DNA from: Eledone cirrhosa
Taxonomy: Eukaryota
Assembly (NCBI GenBank): GCA_964016885.1
Contig: OZ024740.1
Span: 89,094,001-89,158,000, forward strand
DNA length: 64,000 nucleotides
Direction: 5' to 3'
Position numbers and translations under genes: made by a program. Every line of letters starts with the position of its first letter. Positions within the stretch are counted from its first letter, which is position 1. The notes under the pieces were generated by a model. That model saw only the letters and a program-made list of their open reading frames with translations, was not told where the DNA came from and did no database searches. This document shows, in pieces, positions 1-13,110 of this stretch.

Positions 1-2358
1 GATTGTTTTAGCAAGAAGCTAACGGCATTCTATAACATATATGCGACTATAACGTCAAGATGGGAAAAGTAGTTAACGAAAGATTTAGGAAAAATAACTC
101 AAACTAATCTCAAAAGAGAATCAGGATATAAATTCTTCCACAGAATTTAGTAAAATCCAGGGAAAAATCTATAGACCTTTAACTCATGATAAAATAAAGT
201 TTGAAACACTTATCCTTCAATTTGGAATAACATCAAATGCTCTGTATAGTCTTAAAAGACTATTTCATGAAAACTTTCAGTGGAGATGGTCACGGTTGGA
301 TTTCATTCATCAGCAGAGCTCAACAGAAACCAGTGCTCTCACAGTAGTATAATCCGAAAAAGGGAATTCTAAAGCTGGCTAGTTCGCCTTCATGTGTATT
401 TATGAAAAAGCACATGAGGAAAAGACGGGGCTAGTGACGTCAGGATGGAAGTGAATGTTTATTTACAAGAAATAGCAGTCAAATACATTCTGAAAAAAAA
501 CTCTACAAAGGAGTTCAGCAAAATAGCAATAATTATCACAGTTTTTATGAAAAAAACCGGGATTAGTCACAGATCGTTTAAGCACTCTAGGAAAAGAATC
601 CGAGTATAAATATAAATGAGAGGTATAGAGATTGTTTTAGCAAGATGCTAACGGCATTCTATAACATATATGCGACTATAACGTCAAGATGGGAAAAGTA
701 GTTAACGAAAGATTTAGGAAAAATAACTCAAACTCATCTCAAAAGAGAATCAGGATATAAATTCATCCACAGAATTTAGTAAAATCCAGGGAAAAATCTA
801 TAGACCTTTAACTCATGATAAAATAAAGTTTGAAACACTTATCCTTCAATTTGGAATAACATCAACTGCTCTGTATAGTCAAAAAAGACTATTTCATGAA
901 AACCTTCAGTGGAGATGGTCACGGTTGGATTTCATTCATCAGCAGAGCTCAACAGAAACCAGTGCTCTCACAGTAGTATAATCCGAAAAAGGGAATTCTA
1001 AAACTGGCTAGTTCGCCTTCATGTGTATTTATGAAAAAGCACATGAGGAAAAGACGGGGCTAGTGACGTCAGGATGGAAGTGAATGTTTATTTACAAGAA
1101 ATAGCAGTCAAATACATTCTGAAAAAAAACTCTACAAAGGAGTTCAGCAAAATAGCAATAATTATCACAGTTTTTATGAAAAAAACCGGGATTAGTCACA
1201 GATCGTTTAAGCACTCTAGGAAAAGAATCCGAGTATAAATATAAATGAGAGGTATAGAGATTGTTTTAGCAAGAAGCTAACGGCATTCTATAACATATAT
1301 GCGACTATAACGTCAAGATGGGAAAAGTAGTTAACGAAAGATTTAGGAAAAATAACTCAAACTAATCTCAAAAGAGAATCAGGATATAAATTCTTCCACA
1401 GAATTTAGTAAAATCCAGGGAAAAATCTATAGACCTTTAACTCATGATAAAATAAAGTTTGAAACACTTATCCTTCAATTTGGAATAACATCAAATGCTC
1501 TGTATAGTCTTAAAAGACTATTTCATGAAAACTTTCAGTGGAGATGGTCACGGTTGGATTTCATTCATCAGCAGAGCTCAACAGAAACCAGGGCTCTCAC
1601 AGTAGTATAATCCGAAAAAGGGAATTCTAAAACTGGCTAGTTCGCCTTCATGTGTATTTATGAAAAAGCACATGAGGAAAAGACGGGGCTAGTGACGTCA
1701 GGATGGAAGTGAATGTTTATTTACAAGAAATAGCAGTCAAATACATTCTGAAAAAAAACTCTACAAAGGAGTTCAGCAAAATAGCAATAATTATCACAGT
1801 TTTTATGAAAAAAACCGGGATTAGTCACAGATCGTTTAAGCACTCTAGGAAAAGAATCCGAGTATAAATATAAATGAGAGGTATAGAGATTGTTTTAGCA
1901 AGAAGCTAACGGCATTATATAACATATATGCGACTATAACGTCAAGATGGGAAAAGTAGTAAACGAATAATTTAGGAAAAATAACTCAAACTCATCTCAA
2001 AAGAGAATCAGGATATAAATTCATCCACAGAATTTAGTAAAATCCAGGGAAAAATCTATAGACCTTTAACTCATGATAAAATAAAGTTTGAAACACTTAT
2101 CCTTCAATTTGGAATAACATGAAATGCTCTGTATAGTCTTAAAAGACTATTTCATGAACACTTTCAGTGGAGATGGTCACGGTTGGATTTCATTCATCAG
2201 CAGAGCTCAACAGAAACCAGGGCTCTCACAGTAGTATAATCCGAAAAAGGGAATTCTAAAACTGGCTAGTTCGCCTTCATGTGTATTTATGAAAAAGCAC
2301 ATGAGGAAAAAACGGGGCTAGTGACGTTAGGATGGAAGTGAATGTTTATTTACAAGAA
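1..2358 (-). repeat. Tandem array of a 629-bp unit (~3.75 copies, runs off the window start), each unit carrying a hammerhead ribozyme
   Basis: GATTGTTTTAGCAAG recurs at 1, 630, 1259 and 1888; units are nearly identical; the array ends at (TA)n at ~2359. Confidence 0.97.
239..319 (-). ncRNA. Type I hammerhead ribozyme (further copies 868-948, 1497-1577, 2126-2206)
   Basis: Minus strand: stem I GCTCTG / CTGATGA / stem II ATGAAA...TTTCAT / GAAA / stem III TAGTC-ttttaa-GACTA / TA / stem I' CAGAGC. Confidence 0.88.
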
Positions 2359-2376
2359 TATATATATATATATATA

Positions 2377-2747
<371 letters not shown>

Positions 2748-3861
2748 TTATTTTTTTTATTTTATATCATATTCACATATTAACATATTAATTATTTTAT
2801 AAACATTTTATAAACATTTTTTTTATATACATATATGCATATCTATGTGTATCTATGTCTATGTGTATATATGTGTGAGTTGTGTGTATATATATGCAGA
2901 CAATTCAAATGCACTCGGTTATAAGGGTTTCCTTAAGGTTTGTGATAAACAAACTTATATAATAACAGTCACAACTACATAACAGGTGGATTTAGTAAAT
3001 ATAAAATGTATAATATAAGGTTTGTATTATAACATAAGGTTTCTATAATCTTAAATCTCCTTTGTTATTTGACATTTATAACATTTAATATAAGTAAATA
3101 ACTTAATTTCCTTCACGCTGTTTTGCTATTACATAGAAATGTTTTTCTCCGGGTTTTTTCTCTGGTTTCTCCGAAAAATCTATAGGTTTAGGAAAATTAC
3201 TATATCTTATACATAAAAAGTCATTTATTATATCTATGTGTACGGTATGTGTAGGTATATATATATAGTTATATGTATATGTATGTATGTGTGCGTATGT
3301 ATATATATATGAATATATTTTTTAATAATATATGGCTTTTAATAATATATAGGTTTTTAAATAATATATAGATCTCAACTTTTAATGTATACATCTCAAT
3401 AATTTGATGGATAATTTAATTGATAAATTAAACATTTAATCATATTTAAATACTGGTTAAAATTCATTTTCTATTCACGGTTATTTTCCATTCACGCTTA
3501 TTTACTTTACCCATCCAACAAATATTTATTTTTTCACTTCATCTTAAAAGTTATGCTAATACAACAACCTATCACTTAGGGCTTTCTCTTTTCTCTTTTC
3601 TTTTTTCTTTTCTTTCTCTTTCTCTTTTTCTTGTTTTCTTATTTTCCTTTTAAAGTTTGCTTTTTTCTGTTTTTTCTCTTCTTTCTTTTTTTTCTCTTTC
3701 CCTTTCTCCATACCCCAACAGCTTATTTTAAAAATATCCGACGTTAATTTGCATAATAGTATAAATAAATGTATAACTCCACTATCCGGGAGCTTCCAAC
3801 AGAAATGGTCGCATTCTTTAAGGGTATGTCAATATTTATTTATAAAACTGATCTATCTTAT

Positions 3862-3924
3862 ATTTTATCTGATGAAAGCATACCATAATTTAACTTGGTG
3901 TCCTTGAAATATGTATAATGAAAT
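3862..3924 (+). ncRNA. Minimal PLE-type hammerhead ribozyme in a solo pLTR remnant (~2900-4055)
   Basis: ATTTTAT / CTGATGA / imperfect stem II (atacc...ggtgt) / GAAA / tatgta / TA / ATGAAAT, overlapping an AATAAA; the region ends in (TA)n. Confidence 0.65.
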
Positions 3925-4054
3925 AAATTTGGTTTTATAAATATTGTTTCCATTTGTTAGTATATCGTATGTTTACTCCAATGATATGTTGAGTGCTTTA
4001 TATCAGTTATAAAAATATTTGCTTGTTGTATCCCAACAATATAAATAGAACTTC

Positions 4055-4091
<37 letters not shown>

Positions 4092-5568
4092 CTATTTAAA
4101 ACTAATATATATATATATATACACATTTTCGAAAACAATTAATTCCTGTATTTATTTTAATATAAGATATATGTTGATTCCCGAAGGTACTTCGTTTGTA
4201 GAATAAAAACCATTACGTTGTATATATAATTATATATCGTGCTAAACCCTCATTTTCAATAACACCGATACAATACGTTACATTAGATTCATATATTAAA
4301 ATAGTCCCTGCATTCAATATAACATTTTCTTAACATGCATACATTTTTTTCAGTAGGGATCTTTATATAAAATAATATACAGCAACTTGTCTATAATAAC
4401 TATTGCTAAATCGAACAGCATTACCGTGTTGTAAATCAGTAACGTTTTCATTATTTTGGTGGATACACAGTGTATGTAGTTAGTCCTATATACAATTACA
4501 GTTAAAAGATGGTTCCATGTCTAAATAAAGGGAATATTGTATATATATGTGTATTTTATTGTATGGGCATTGATATATATCTCACATGCTGTTTGGTGTA
4601 TTATATTTGTATATATTTAAGTATTATCACATTGAATTTTGATCTATTCTTCATAGTTGAACCCTTTTTCGAAAGTTTTACTCGAAAAGATTTTGTCGTT
4701 ATATATATATATATATAACATTTCCTCCATTGAAGTAGCATTGAAGTAGCATTGTTAAAAAAAGGTGTGGAATATTTTAGACTAAAAGTAATGGTATTTT
4801 ACTTCATGTTTAGATATATCAATGTAGCTTAAAACTGTGACAATGCCGATTTATATAGAAACCAAAAATGTTCTGACAGCTTCGAATTCTATAGAATCCA
4901 GCAATTAACTTTTACCGTTCCCTTTAAAACCTGCTGCTGAATGCTCTGTACATAAATATAATTTTATATATAGATTGTCGTTAGATACATGGACATGCGT
5001 CTGTTAATCAATATTTCACGATCTAACAGTAGCATAAGTAATTTACCTCATGAATGGGTAGAATCAAAGTACATTGGGTGTGAGTGATATTTAAAATAAT
5101 GAAATCATATACTTGTGATGCTATTGTTAGTTATTTTACTTAAGTTAGTAAAGGGTATCAGTGTTACTGTGTTGTGCGTTGAGATGTATTATTTCGTCTA
5201 GAATGTATTAAAGCTGTCAAATTTCTGAAAACAAGTGTTGATTGAAAACTTTATCATTGGTTAAGAAATAGTTCAAGTGTGGTTTAAATATTAGCGTGTT
5301 TAATATTATGCAGTAATGTGGTAACAATAAACCGAAGGCTTATGTGCGGCAAAGCATAAGCTAAGAAATACGTTACCACTATAATGTTTAACTGAACTTA
5401 AATAAATTAAATACGACAGATAATGAGGCAACTACATTTGTCTAGCATATTTCGGAAGCCTGTAGATACTGAAAATTATTATACAGGAATGAGAACAACC
5501 GCTGTAGACAAAGTAATTCGGAGACATTTTTGCTTACATATAGGTTAAATGGTGAAATATGTCACAAC

Positions 5569-5691
<123 letters not shown>

Positions 5692-8088
5692 AAGGGGGAT
5701 GAAATGGAGTTGATTATTTTAAGTCAAAGATAATGATTTCAGATGTATGAGCGTAGGTTGGAGAGAACATATGGATACGTGATGTGTGTGTATCAAAGCG
5801 ATGAACCACGGAGGAGATAAATTGGTTCAAGAGTGAACTAAAACCCAGTCATGCAGCGCTTCTATGTTTTGACGGAATGAAATTTCTTTTTGTCACTAGC
5901 TTGCAGTATCAGAAATTAGACTGCCAAGAAATAAAGAATATCATTGAAAAATATTTAATGCAGTTTTATAACTTTCTTCCGACATAGACTACAAAGAGAG
6001 TAGATCGTTATAATGGCAAATAAGGAACTTTGAAATGTTAATCAACACAACTATTAGCGGGATATTAGATATAAAGTGTATATATAGCAGTCGACTAATG
6101 TTACAAAATTATGATTAAAAGAAGGAGATACAATGCCCAATGACAAGCGCCTTAGAATGATAAATGGATTTTACCTTTACATTAATTTCTGAAAATCATA
6201 TTGATCAAACCTTATCTATTGCTGCGTAGAACGAGAGGATTGCATGGAGATCATTTCTAAATATTTAAAATTCCCAAGACAGAGTTTCCTAAATGTCGAT
6301 TGAATACATCATTTCGTATAAAATCTTGGATGATATTTCTGTTGTTATTGTAGTTGTTGAATATTTCTCATTCAGTCTTGCTTCAACGGGTGTATACCAC
6401 TTATAATAGCTCATCAAAAACACGGAACGATGAACATTTGAAAATGTTGTAGCAGTATGCTCCTCAATTATCATCTATCTGATCACTCAGTACAGGTCAA
6501 ATGTTATACTTCTAACAGTGTTGTAGTCATAGTTAGATCCTCCTTAATATGAGCAAATTATCCTGAGATTTAGCATTTATACGTAAGGTCTGCATTCAAA
6601 AACTTTAATTATGGTAGCGTGTTTTGGAATACATTGCTGAATATACAATGGAAGTTATAACATACGCGAAGCCGATTTGCATACACCGATACAATTTACA
6701 TGAATTGTCGTACAAGATAATCTACTTTGCTAAAGCTTGAAATGAAAGTATATATTGTAATGGAATAATTGCTAAACATGCTATATCCAAAAATAAATGA
6801 ATCAAAATAATATCACGACAAAAATATAATGAGCCAAGCGTATTTGTTACTCTGTTAAATTACTCAGAAACGTGATCCACACAGTCCATAGCAGCTGACG
6901 TAGGACATCCATAATACATTCTGTGGAAAAACGAATACAATTAATATACAATATTTGTGCATAGGGAATACGAAATCTTTTAGCTCAGTGACTAATGTTA
7001 ATTTTATTTAACATTTTCAAGAAAGGGTGACATATTTAAATGTGTTAAGGATTATCATGTCTCATCAGCGAAAGTCTTTCTTCGCAATTGAGTGTTTCAT
7101 CCTCAAGAGCTCACAGTAAGTTTAATACCATGGATAGCTTTAAAGTTACACATACTTAAGTAAAAGTGTGAATATGGTGGAACAATTACCCCGACAATGA
7201 GGGATGCTTGGCGGTGGAATGAGTAATTTATCACAATTTTCTTGTACATGCTTTATCGATCTCGAAAGATTGAAACACAATGATGGATTCATTAATATTT
7301 GAACCCTGAAACGATTATCATTGACAGTATAGATCGAAATAAGTAAACGAAAATATCTCGTCTTATTTACCGAGTTTTATTTATATGTTAATCAATTTCT
7401 AGTTGTTATAAAATGCTCGGACCTATTCATTAGAATCTTGGAGCTTATTTTACGGGTGATATGGCGCATGCCTTTCTGGCATGACACACATAATTAAGAT
7501 TTAGATTAAATTCATTTTGATTTATCTTAATTTTGGATATAGATATATAAATACGGCTCCTTAATTGTAGAGCTAACTCTGTTGAAAGGACTTGACTGCT
7601 GTTTCTAGTTGTCGATATCCCTGTTCAGGCCACTGGGACGAAGCTGGTATGATGTGTGTATTTTTTGTAGATACAGCACGTGTTACTGGACAGTCGCTGA
7701 TTTGAACTTAATGCGTGAACACAGATGGCTGGACTTCTTCCTTGTTGAAAATCCAAGTATCGGCCTCCGTGGTTTACCATTCGATTAATTGGTGAAATAT
7801 ATTTCTTTAATGGAATATATACAGGGAAGATTAATCATATTACAAGGTATCTATTTTTGAAGTTCTAGTTAACTTTATTTAGGTACCTACCTAGCCCTGT
7901 GATTGTTTCATATGTTTATTTATATGTTAATCAATTTCTAGTTGTTATATATATATATATATATATATATGTGTATTTGTGTGTGTATATGGGAAGTATT
8001 CACTAACCAAAGTATCGTCTTCCTGTTTTCCTTCGGTTGCAACGGATTTTCGAGATATTTACTTCTGCGTTCACAGATTGTTTTTTTT

Positions 8089-8138
8089 GTTTCAGAAGAG
8101 CCCGTGAAGGGTGAAAGCAGCGATTCTGTGCTTAGATT
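8089..8138 (+). ncRNA. Hammerhead-like motif with variant core CAGAAGA, in a pLTR remnant (~7990-8160)
   Basis: GTTT / CAGAAGA / GCCC-gtgaa-GGGT / GAAA / GCA...TGC / TT / AGAT; same family as 19025-19790. Confidence 0.55.
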
Positions 8139-8720
8139 TTAATCTGTTATTTTAATAAATAAATATATATATATGTATATACACTTTAAATTATTTATAC
8201 TCCCGTAAGGATGAGTAAAACTTTAGGCAGTATTCGGCTGCGCTTTCTAGCAACCATCCTACTCGCCGACCACTGGCCACGTGATGATTCTTAGCCATTT
8301 TGAATTCGTTTCTGGCGGGGGATCATGTAAGAAAAATCTGTGTCAAATTAAGTTATCTCCTGATGATTTCCAAACCTCGTTGATATATCGAAGATCGGAT
8401 ATATCCAAAGATGGAATGAAATCGCCGGGCGTAGAGATATTTTGCCGATTTTGTTAAGTTTTTCTTCTAACTTTGATTTTGTACCTAATTATGTATGGTT
8501 AACTATATGTCTAGTCAAATTGCACAGGCTATTAGAAATAGTAGGTAAATTCTTTGTAGCTGAATCGCGGATAAGAAGCTATATCATTTATCTATTGTTT
8601 CTTCATAAGTATATTTTAAACTTATAGCCTCGTTTAAATGATTTATTGTGTGGTTGATTTATGCTGATTGGGAGAAGAAATATTGTATATATTTTATCTA
8701 ATGATTCTATGGACTTACTT

Positions 8721-8798
<78 letters not shown>

Positions 8799-8812
8799 CA
8801 TACATACATACA

Positions 8813-9408
8813 TGGTAGCTGCGAACTCGTTTTCGAGTATGGCAACTACTTTATATCATTGTAGGAGAACCCCTACCGATGCGCTCACACGAGTCTGACT
8901 TTTTAGTCCAGCCAGCGACTTGAAAACTCTGGTACAAACACTACACTTGTGACAATTATTGACACATAGTGCTGGGCCCATGGTACCATTCGACGACAAG
9001 TGCAGAGAGATCTCCCGATATAAAGCAATGCCTGTGCCGTGAAGCTTTTATAGTGAGCAAAGGCACGGCACAAAGCCAGTCCCACTCTCTTAACCAAGAT
9101 GATATTTACCAAAAAGAAGAACAAGTCAACATCATTGGATACCGTCATGGTTGCAGCTGTTAGATCAGAGTTTTCCTTCTCCAAGAATTCTGCCTCGACA
9201 AAGGCTAAGGGGTCATCTCTCCAGGTGATTTTGGATGTCCATTGACTCTTAAGAGCTCTTTTGCCCTTTGACAGGTTTTGTTTTTAGTCCTGCAGGATGT
9301 CCAAAGTCACCCTCCTCACCAAGAAATGTTGGTGGGGTTGCTAGTTTAGTCGCCAACGACCCCGCAATGAGACAGTTTGTACTGGGATACATGTTACCAG
9401 TAGCACCA
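8813..9408 (-). mobile_element. Short non-autonomous RTE-related retroelement (SINE-like) flanked by (TACA)n
   Basis: 3' end (GCCATACTCGAAAACGAG...CCAT) matches the RTE 3' end at 9440-9490; the 5' part is homologous to 51045-51230. Confidence 0.6.
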
Positions 9409-9437
9409 ACATACATACATACATACATACATACATA

Positions 9438-11610
9438 CATGATGATGATGGCTGCCACCTCGTTATCGAGTATGGCCATTGCACGAGGAGAAAAAAAAAA
9501 AAAAAAAAGAAATATATATATATATATACACATATACATATTCACATATACACACACACATATATACATTAATAACAATAATAATAATAACGACAACAAC
9601 AATAATAATATACATATACATATATATATATACACATACACGCACACACACAAACACATCTACACACACACACACACACACACACACGATAGCAACTAAC
9701 AGCGCTGCGATCGAATGTGGCTTTTTAGCCCAGCCAATGATCTAAAATGTATTGCACAGAGTCGGCAACCAAAACATTCACTGGGAATAGTCGGCTGTGG
9801 TTGGAGTTCGTGTACTTTTGCATGTCGCTTGAGCCCTCCTGCTGATTTACATTCTCTACCACATGTTTGGCAAGCATGATGAGTAGCATCTCCAGCAGCA
9901 GCCTGGTAGTCAACCACTGGTCTTACTTTATGACTGCGAAGATGACTTTCGAGTCCAGCTTTGCTTAGGCAGAGTCTCGCACAGACGCTGCTTATCAGCA
10001 CCATAGGGGGACCCTCGCCGTCTGGAAGTGCAACAGCAATGCCCTTCCTCACATCCCGCTTTACTTTCTCGTATGCGATTCGAGATGCCTCAAAGGCAAC
10101 TTTTCCCTCATATACAGTCTTTCTCCATTTATTACGATCAGCAGCAATATTTTCCCATGTATCAGCAGAGATGTTAGCGTCTTTCAGGGAGGCTCTCAAG
10201 GAATCCTTATACCTCTTTTTTGGTTTATGTGGCGGTCGTTTTCCTTTAACCAACTCTCCATAAAAGAGTTGTTTTGGTATTCTAGAAACCTTCATCCTGG
10301 CAAGGTGACCACTCCAACGGTGTCGTTGCTTAAGCACAAGAGCTTCTATACTGTCACACATAGAGCTTTCCAAAATCTCGACATCACTGATGTGGTCCCT
10401 CCAGTGAACGCCATGGATCCGTCTGAGATACATCTGATGGAAACGATCCAATTGCTTAAGGTGGTGTCGATATGTGACATAGGTCTCACAGGCATAAAGA
10501 AGACAAGAGAGCACACATGCCATGTACACCTTTACCTTTGTCCTCCTGCATATGTCTCGCCGACCCCAGAGTCGCCTTTCTAGCTTTCCGAAAGCATCAC
10601 TTGTTTTCCTAATCCCAAGTGAGATCTCACTGTCAAGGTTGCTGTATCGATTGACAATGCTTCCCAGGTAGACAAACTGATCAACCACACCAAGTCGTTT
10701 ACCATACACATAGATGTTTGGTTCAGTGTACTTCTTACCAGGGGCAGGTTGGTACATGACGACGGTTTTCTTGAGACTGACAGTCAATCCTAGGGCAGTG
10801 CAAGCGTCAGAAAATGCATTCAAAATGTGATGCATATCACTCTCTGTGTGCGCTACAAGATCGCAATCATCTGCATGCGAGAGGTCTCTTATGATTGATG
10901 TAAATACTTTTGTCTTTGCAGCAAAGTGCCTCATGTTAAATATGCTGCCTGAGGTTCGATATCGGATGTAAACACCATGTTCGCAATTCCTGAATGCAAT
11001 ACAGAAAACTATTGCAAAGTATATGGCAACAGGGTCGGTGGTGGAATATCCCCCTGTTTCACTCCATTTTTTACTGAGATAGGCTCCGACATGTTACCTC
11101 CGACATTAACCCAAGCCTTCATGTCGTCATGGAAAGACCTAACTAAAGCAAGGAACTTATCAGGGCAACCAAGTTTCTGGAGAACCTTCCATAATGCATC
11201 TCTGTTAACAGTATCGAAAGCTTTTGTCAGATCGACAAAAACCTGATACAGATCCAAGCCTTGTTCCATGCTTTTCTCCTGGAGCTGTCTAACTGAGAAG
11301 ATCATATCAGTAGTGCCGCGTCCAGCACGAGAACCAGATTGACTTTCAGGAAGAACACACTCTGAAATGTGTGTCAGCAGACGGTCCAGAAGCACCCTAC
11401 ATAAAACTTTCCCTACGACAGAAAGCAATGATATACCTCTATAGTTCCCACAATCATTCCTGTTACCCTTTACCTTGTACAAGACCACCATTACTGCATC
11501 TCTCCAGTCCTCAGGTAAGGATTCATTAGCCCATATCCTGCCAAGCAAAGAGTGAAGATGTTGCAGGAGTCTCTCACCACCATATTGTAGGAGCTCAGCA
11601 TGTATGCCAT

Positions 11611-11614
<4 letters not shown>
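9438..11614 (-). mobile_element. 5'-truncated RTE-clade LINE
   Basis: RT ORFs 11009-11614 and 9696-10934; 3' hairpin plus (CAT)n tail near 9440; truncated at a TA tract. Confidence 0.9.
9696..11614 (-). pseudogene. RTE reverse transcriptase, frameshifted, with three C-terminal C2H2-like fingers
   Basis: Motifs NYRGISLLS, FVDLTKAFDTV, GVKQG, HADD, FVYLGS; fingers such as CQTCGRECKSAGGLKRHAKVH. Confidence 0.92.
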
Positions 11615-11664
<50 letters not shown>

Positions 11665-11699
11665 AGATTTGAATGGATACAGTTTAGTTGAAAGGAATT

Positions 11700-11817
11700 T
11701 ATTGACACGTGTTTCTATAACAGTTACATAACCTAAAACAGCTGCTATCTACAAACTTTTAGTTATGCAGATATTCAATATTTCAATGTTATTATTTACT
11801 GTCATTTCATCAGAATA
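11700..11817 (-). ncRNA. Hammerhead ribozyme with an extended (~90 nt) stem II
   Basis: TATT / CTGATGA / ATGACAGT...ACTGTTAT / GAAAC-ACGT-GTC / AATA(AA); palindromic stem III loop. Confidence 0.7.
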
Positions 11818-12286
11818 ATATTACTGAGGACCTATTTAGTTTTTATAGAGAATATTAGGAGGGAGGGGTGAAGTTGTTAGAAGAATAGTTGAAGGAGTGG
11901 TTTTTCGATAGCAGTGAGAATTCTTGGTGGCAGTGAGTAATTAGATTCCCATCTGTTGTTTTGACATTTTTTATAGAATATATTATTGGTTATTTTTCTA
12001 AATCTATAGAAGGATTAGAGATAGTAAAGATATGCGTGGTTGGTTTTGTGTTTGCACTTAATTAACATTCAGACTTAAATTTTTCTTTCAAGTGTACGTA
12101 TCCTTTCACCCACGCATTCACACACAAATATATTTGCACACCTCTACAAAATACATATACTCACAATTCACATATTCATACTCAACTTATCTTTATATAC
12201 ACACGTATAGACACACACATATATACATACATACTCTAGTCCATGTGTACACACATACACATACATACACATCTATATACACATAT

Positions 12287-12397
<111 letters not shown>

Positions 12398-12675
12398 ATA
12401 TATATAAGCACTTTAATACATGAATACACTTACATCTAACTATACACATCAAACATATATATATATTTACTTATTTATATACATTTTCGCATATATATAC
12501 ATACTTATGGACGTTTTTAGACACATTCATTATCGCATATTTGCACCTATTCTCATCAGCATATCTTTCCATTATTAGTGTGGTAATTTAAGGTTATTAA
12601 TATATGTTGAGAAGAGATTGTTTTTATATTTTTCTAACTAGATTAATGTTTATATAGTTGGGGGATGTCCCTCTT

Positions 12676-13110
12676 TTATGTAATATTCGGCTTGTAGTGG
12701 GAAAAAAGGGTTTTAGTTCTGTGACGGCAGAATAATGTTCGTTCAATTCTGTTATTCAGCAGTTTCTTCTTGTGTGTGATTATGTAATAAATCTCAAGAT
12801 TATACAATTTGCAGAAATTTTGGCTCCTGGAAAAGCTTTGGGTTTTAGCTAATTTGTCCCATTTTAGGGTAAACTTTTGATCGCTATCCCTGAGCGTCCA
12901 AGCTTTTTCTGCTAAAGTTGTTACATTTCTTTGGCTCTGGTGTTTTATTGAGTAAGAATACCTATACAATCGAGATTTAAACGATGTTGCCGTTGATCCC
13001 ACGTAATACCACTCGTTGCCTCCGGATTTAATGGTACACTTATAAATAATATTTTTTTCCAGGCAGTTATTGCCGAGGGGGCAGTTGTCAGGATAGGTGC
13101 AGTTACAGTT
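12676..13110 (-). pseudogene. PLE GIY-YIG endonuclease with Cys-rich linker
   Basis: IIY...YVG motif and conserved R; ORF 12676-13002 plus upstream in-frame sequence. Confidence 0.8.

Noticed and set aside
1-2358. Possible CRISPR-like array or coding repeat
   Set aside because: No unique spacers and no ORF; eukaryotic context
8661-8898. Many ORFs rich in YI/HT/CV/ER repeats throughout the window
   Set aside because: They are translations of (TA)n, (CA)n and (GA)n microsatellites
9340-9408. Possible HDV-like ribozyme at the 5' end of the RTE-related element
   Set aside because: No convincing P3/L3/P1.1; the pairing is better explained by a simple terminal palindrome
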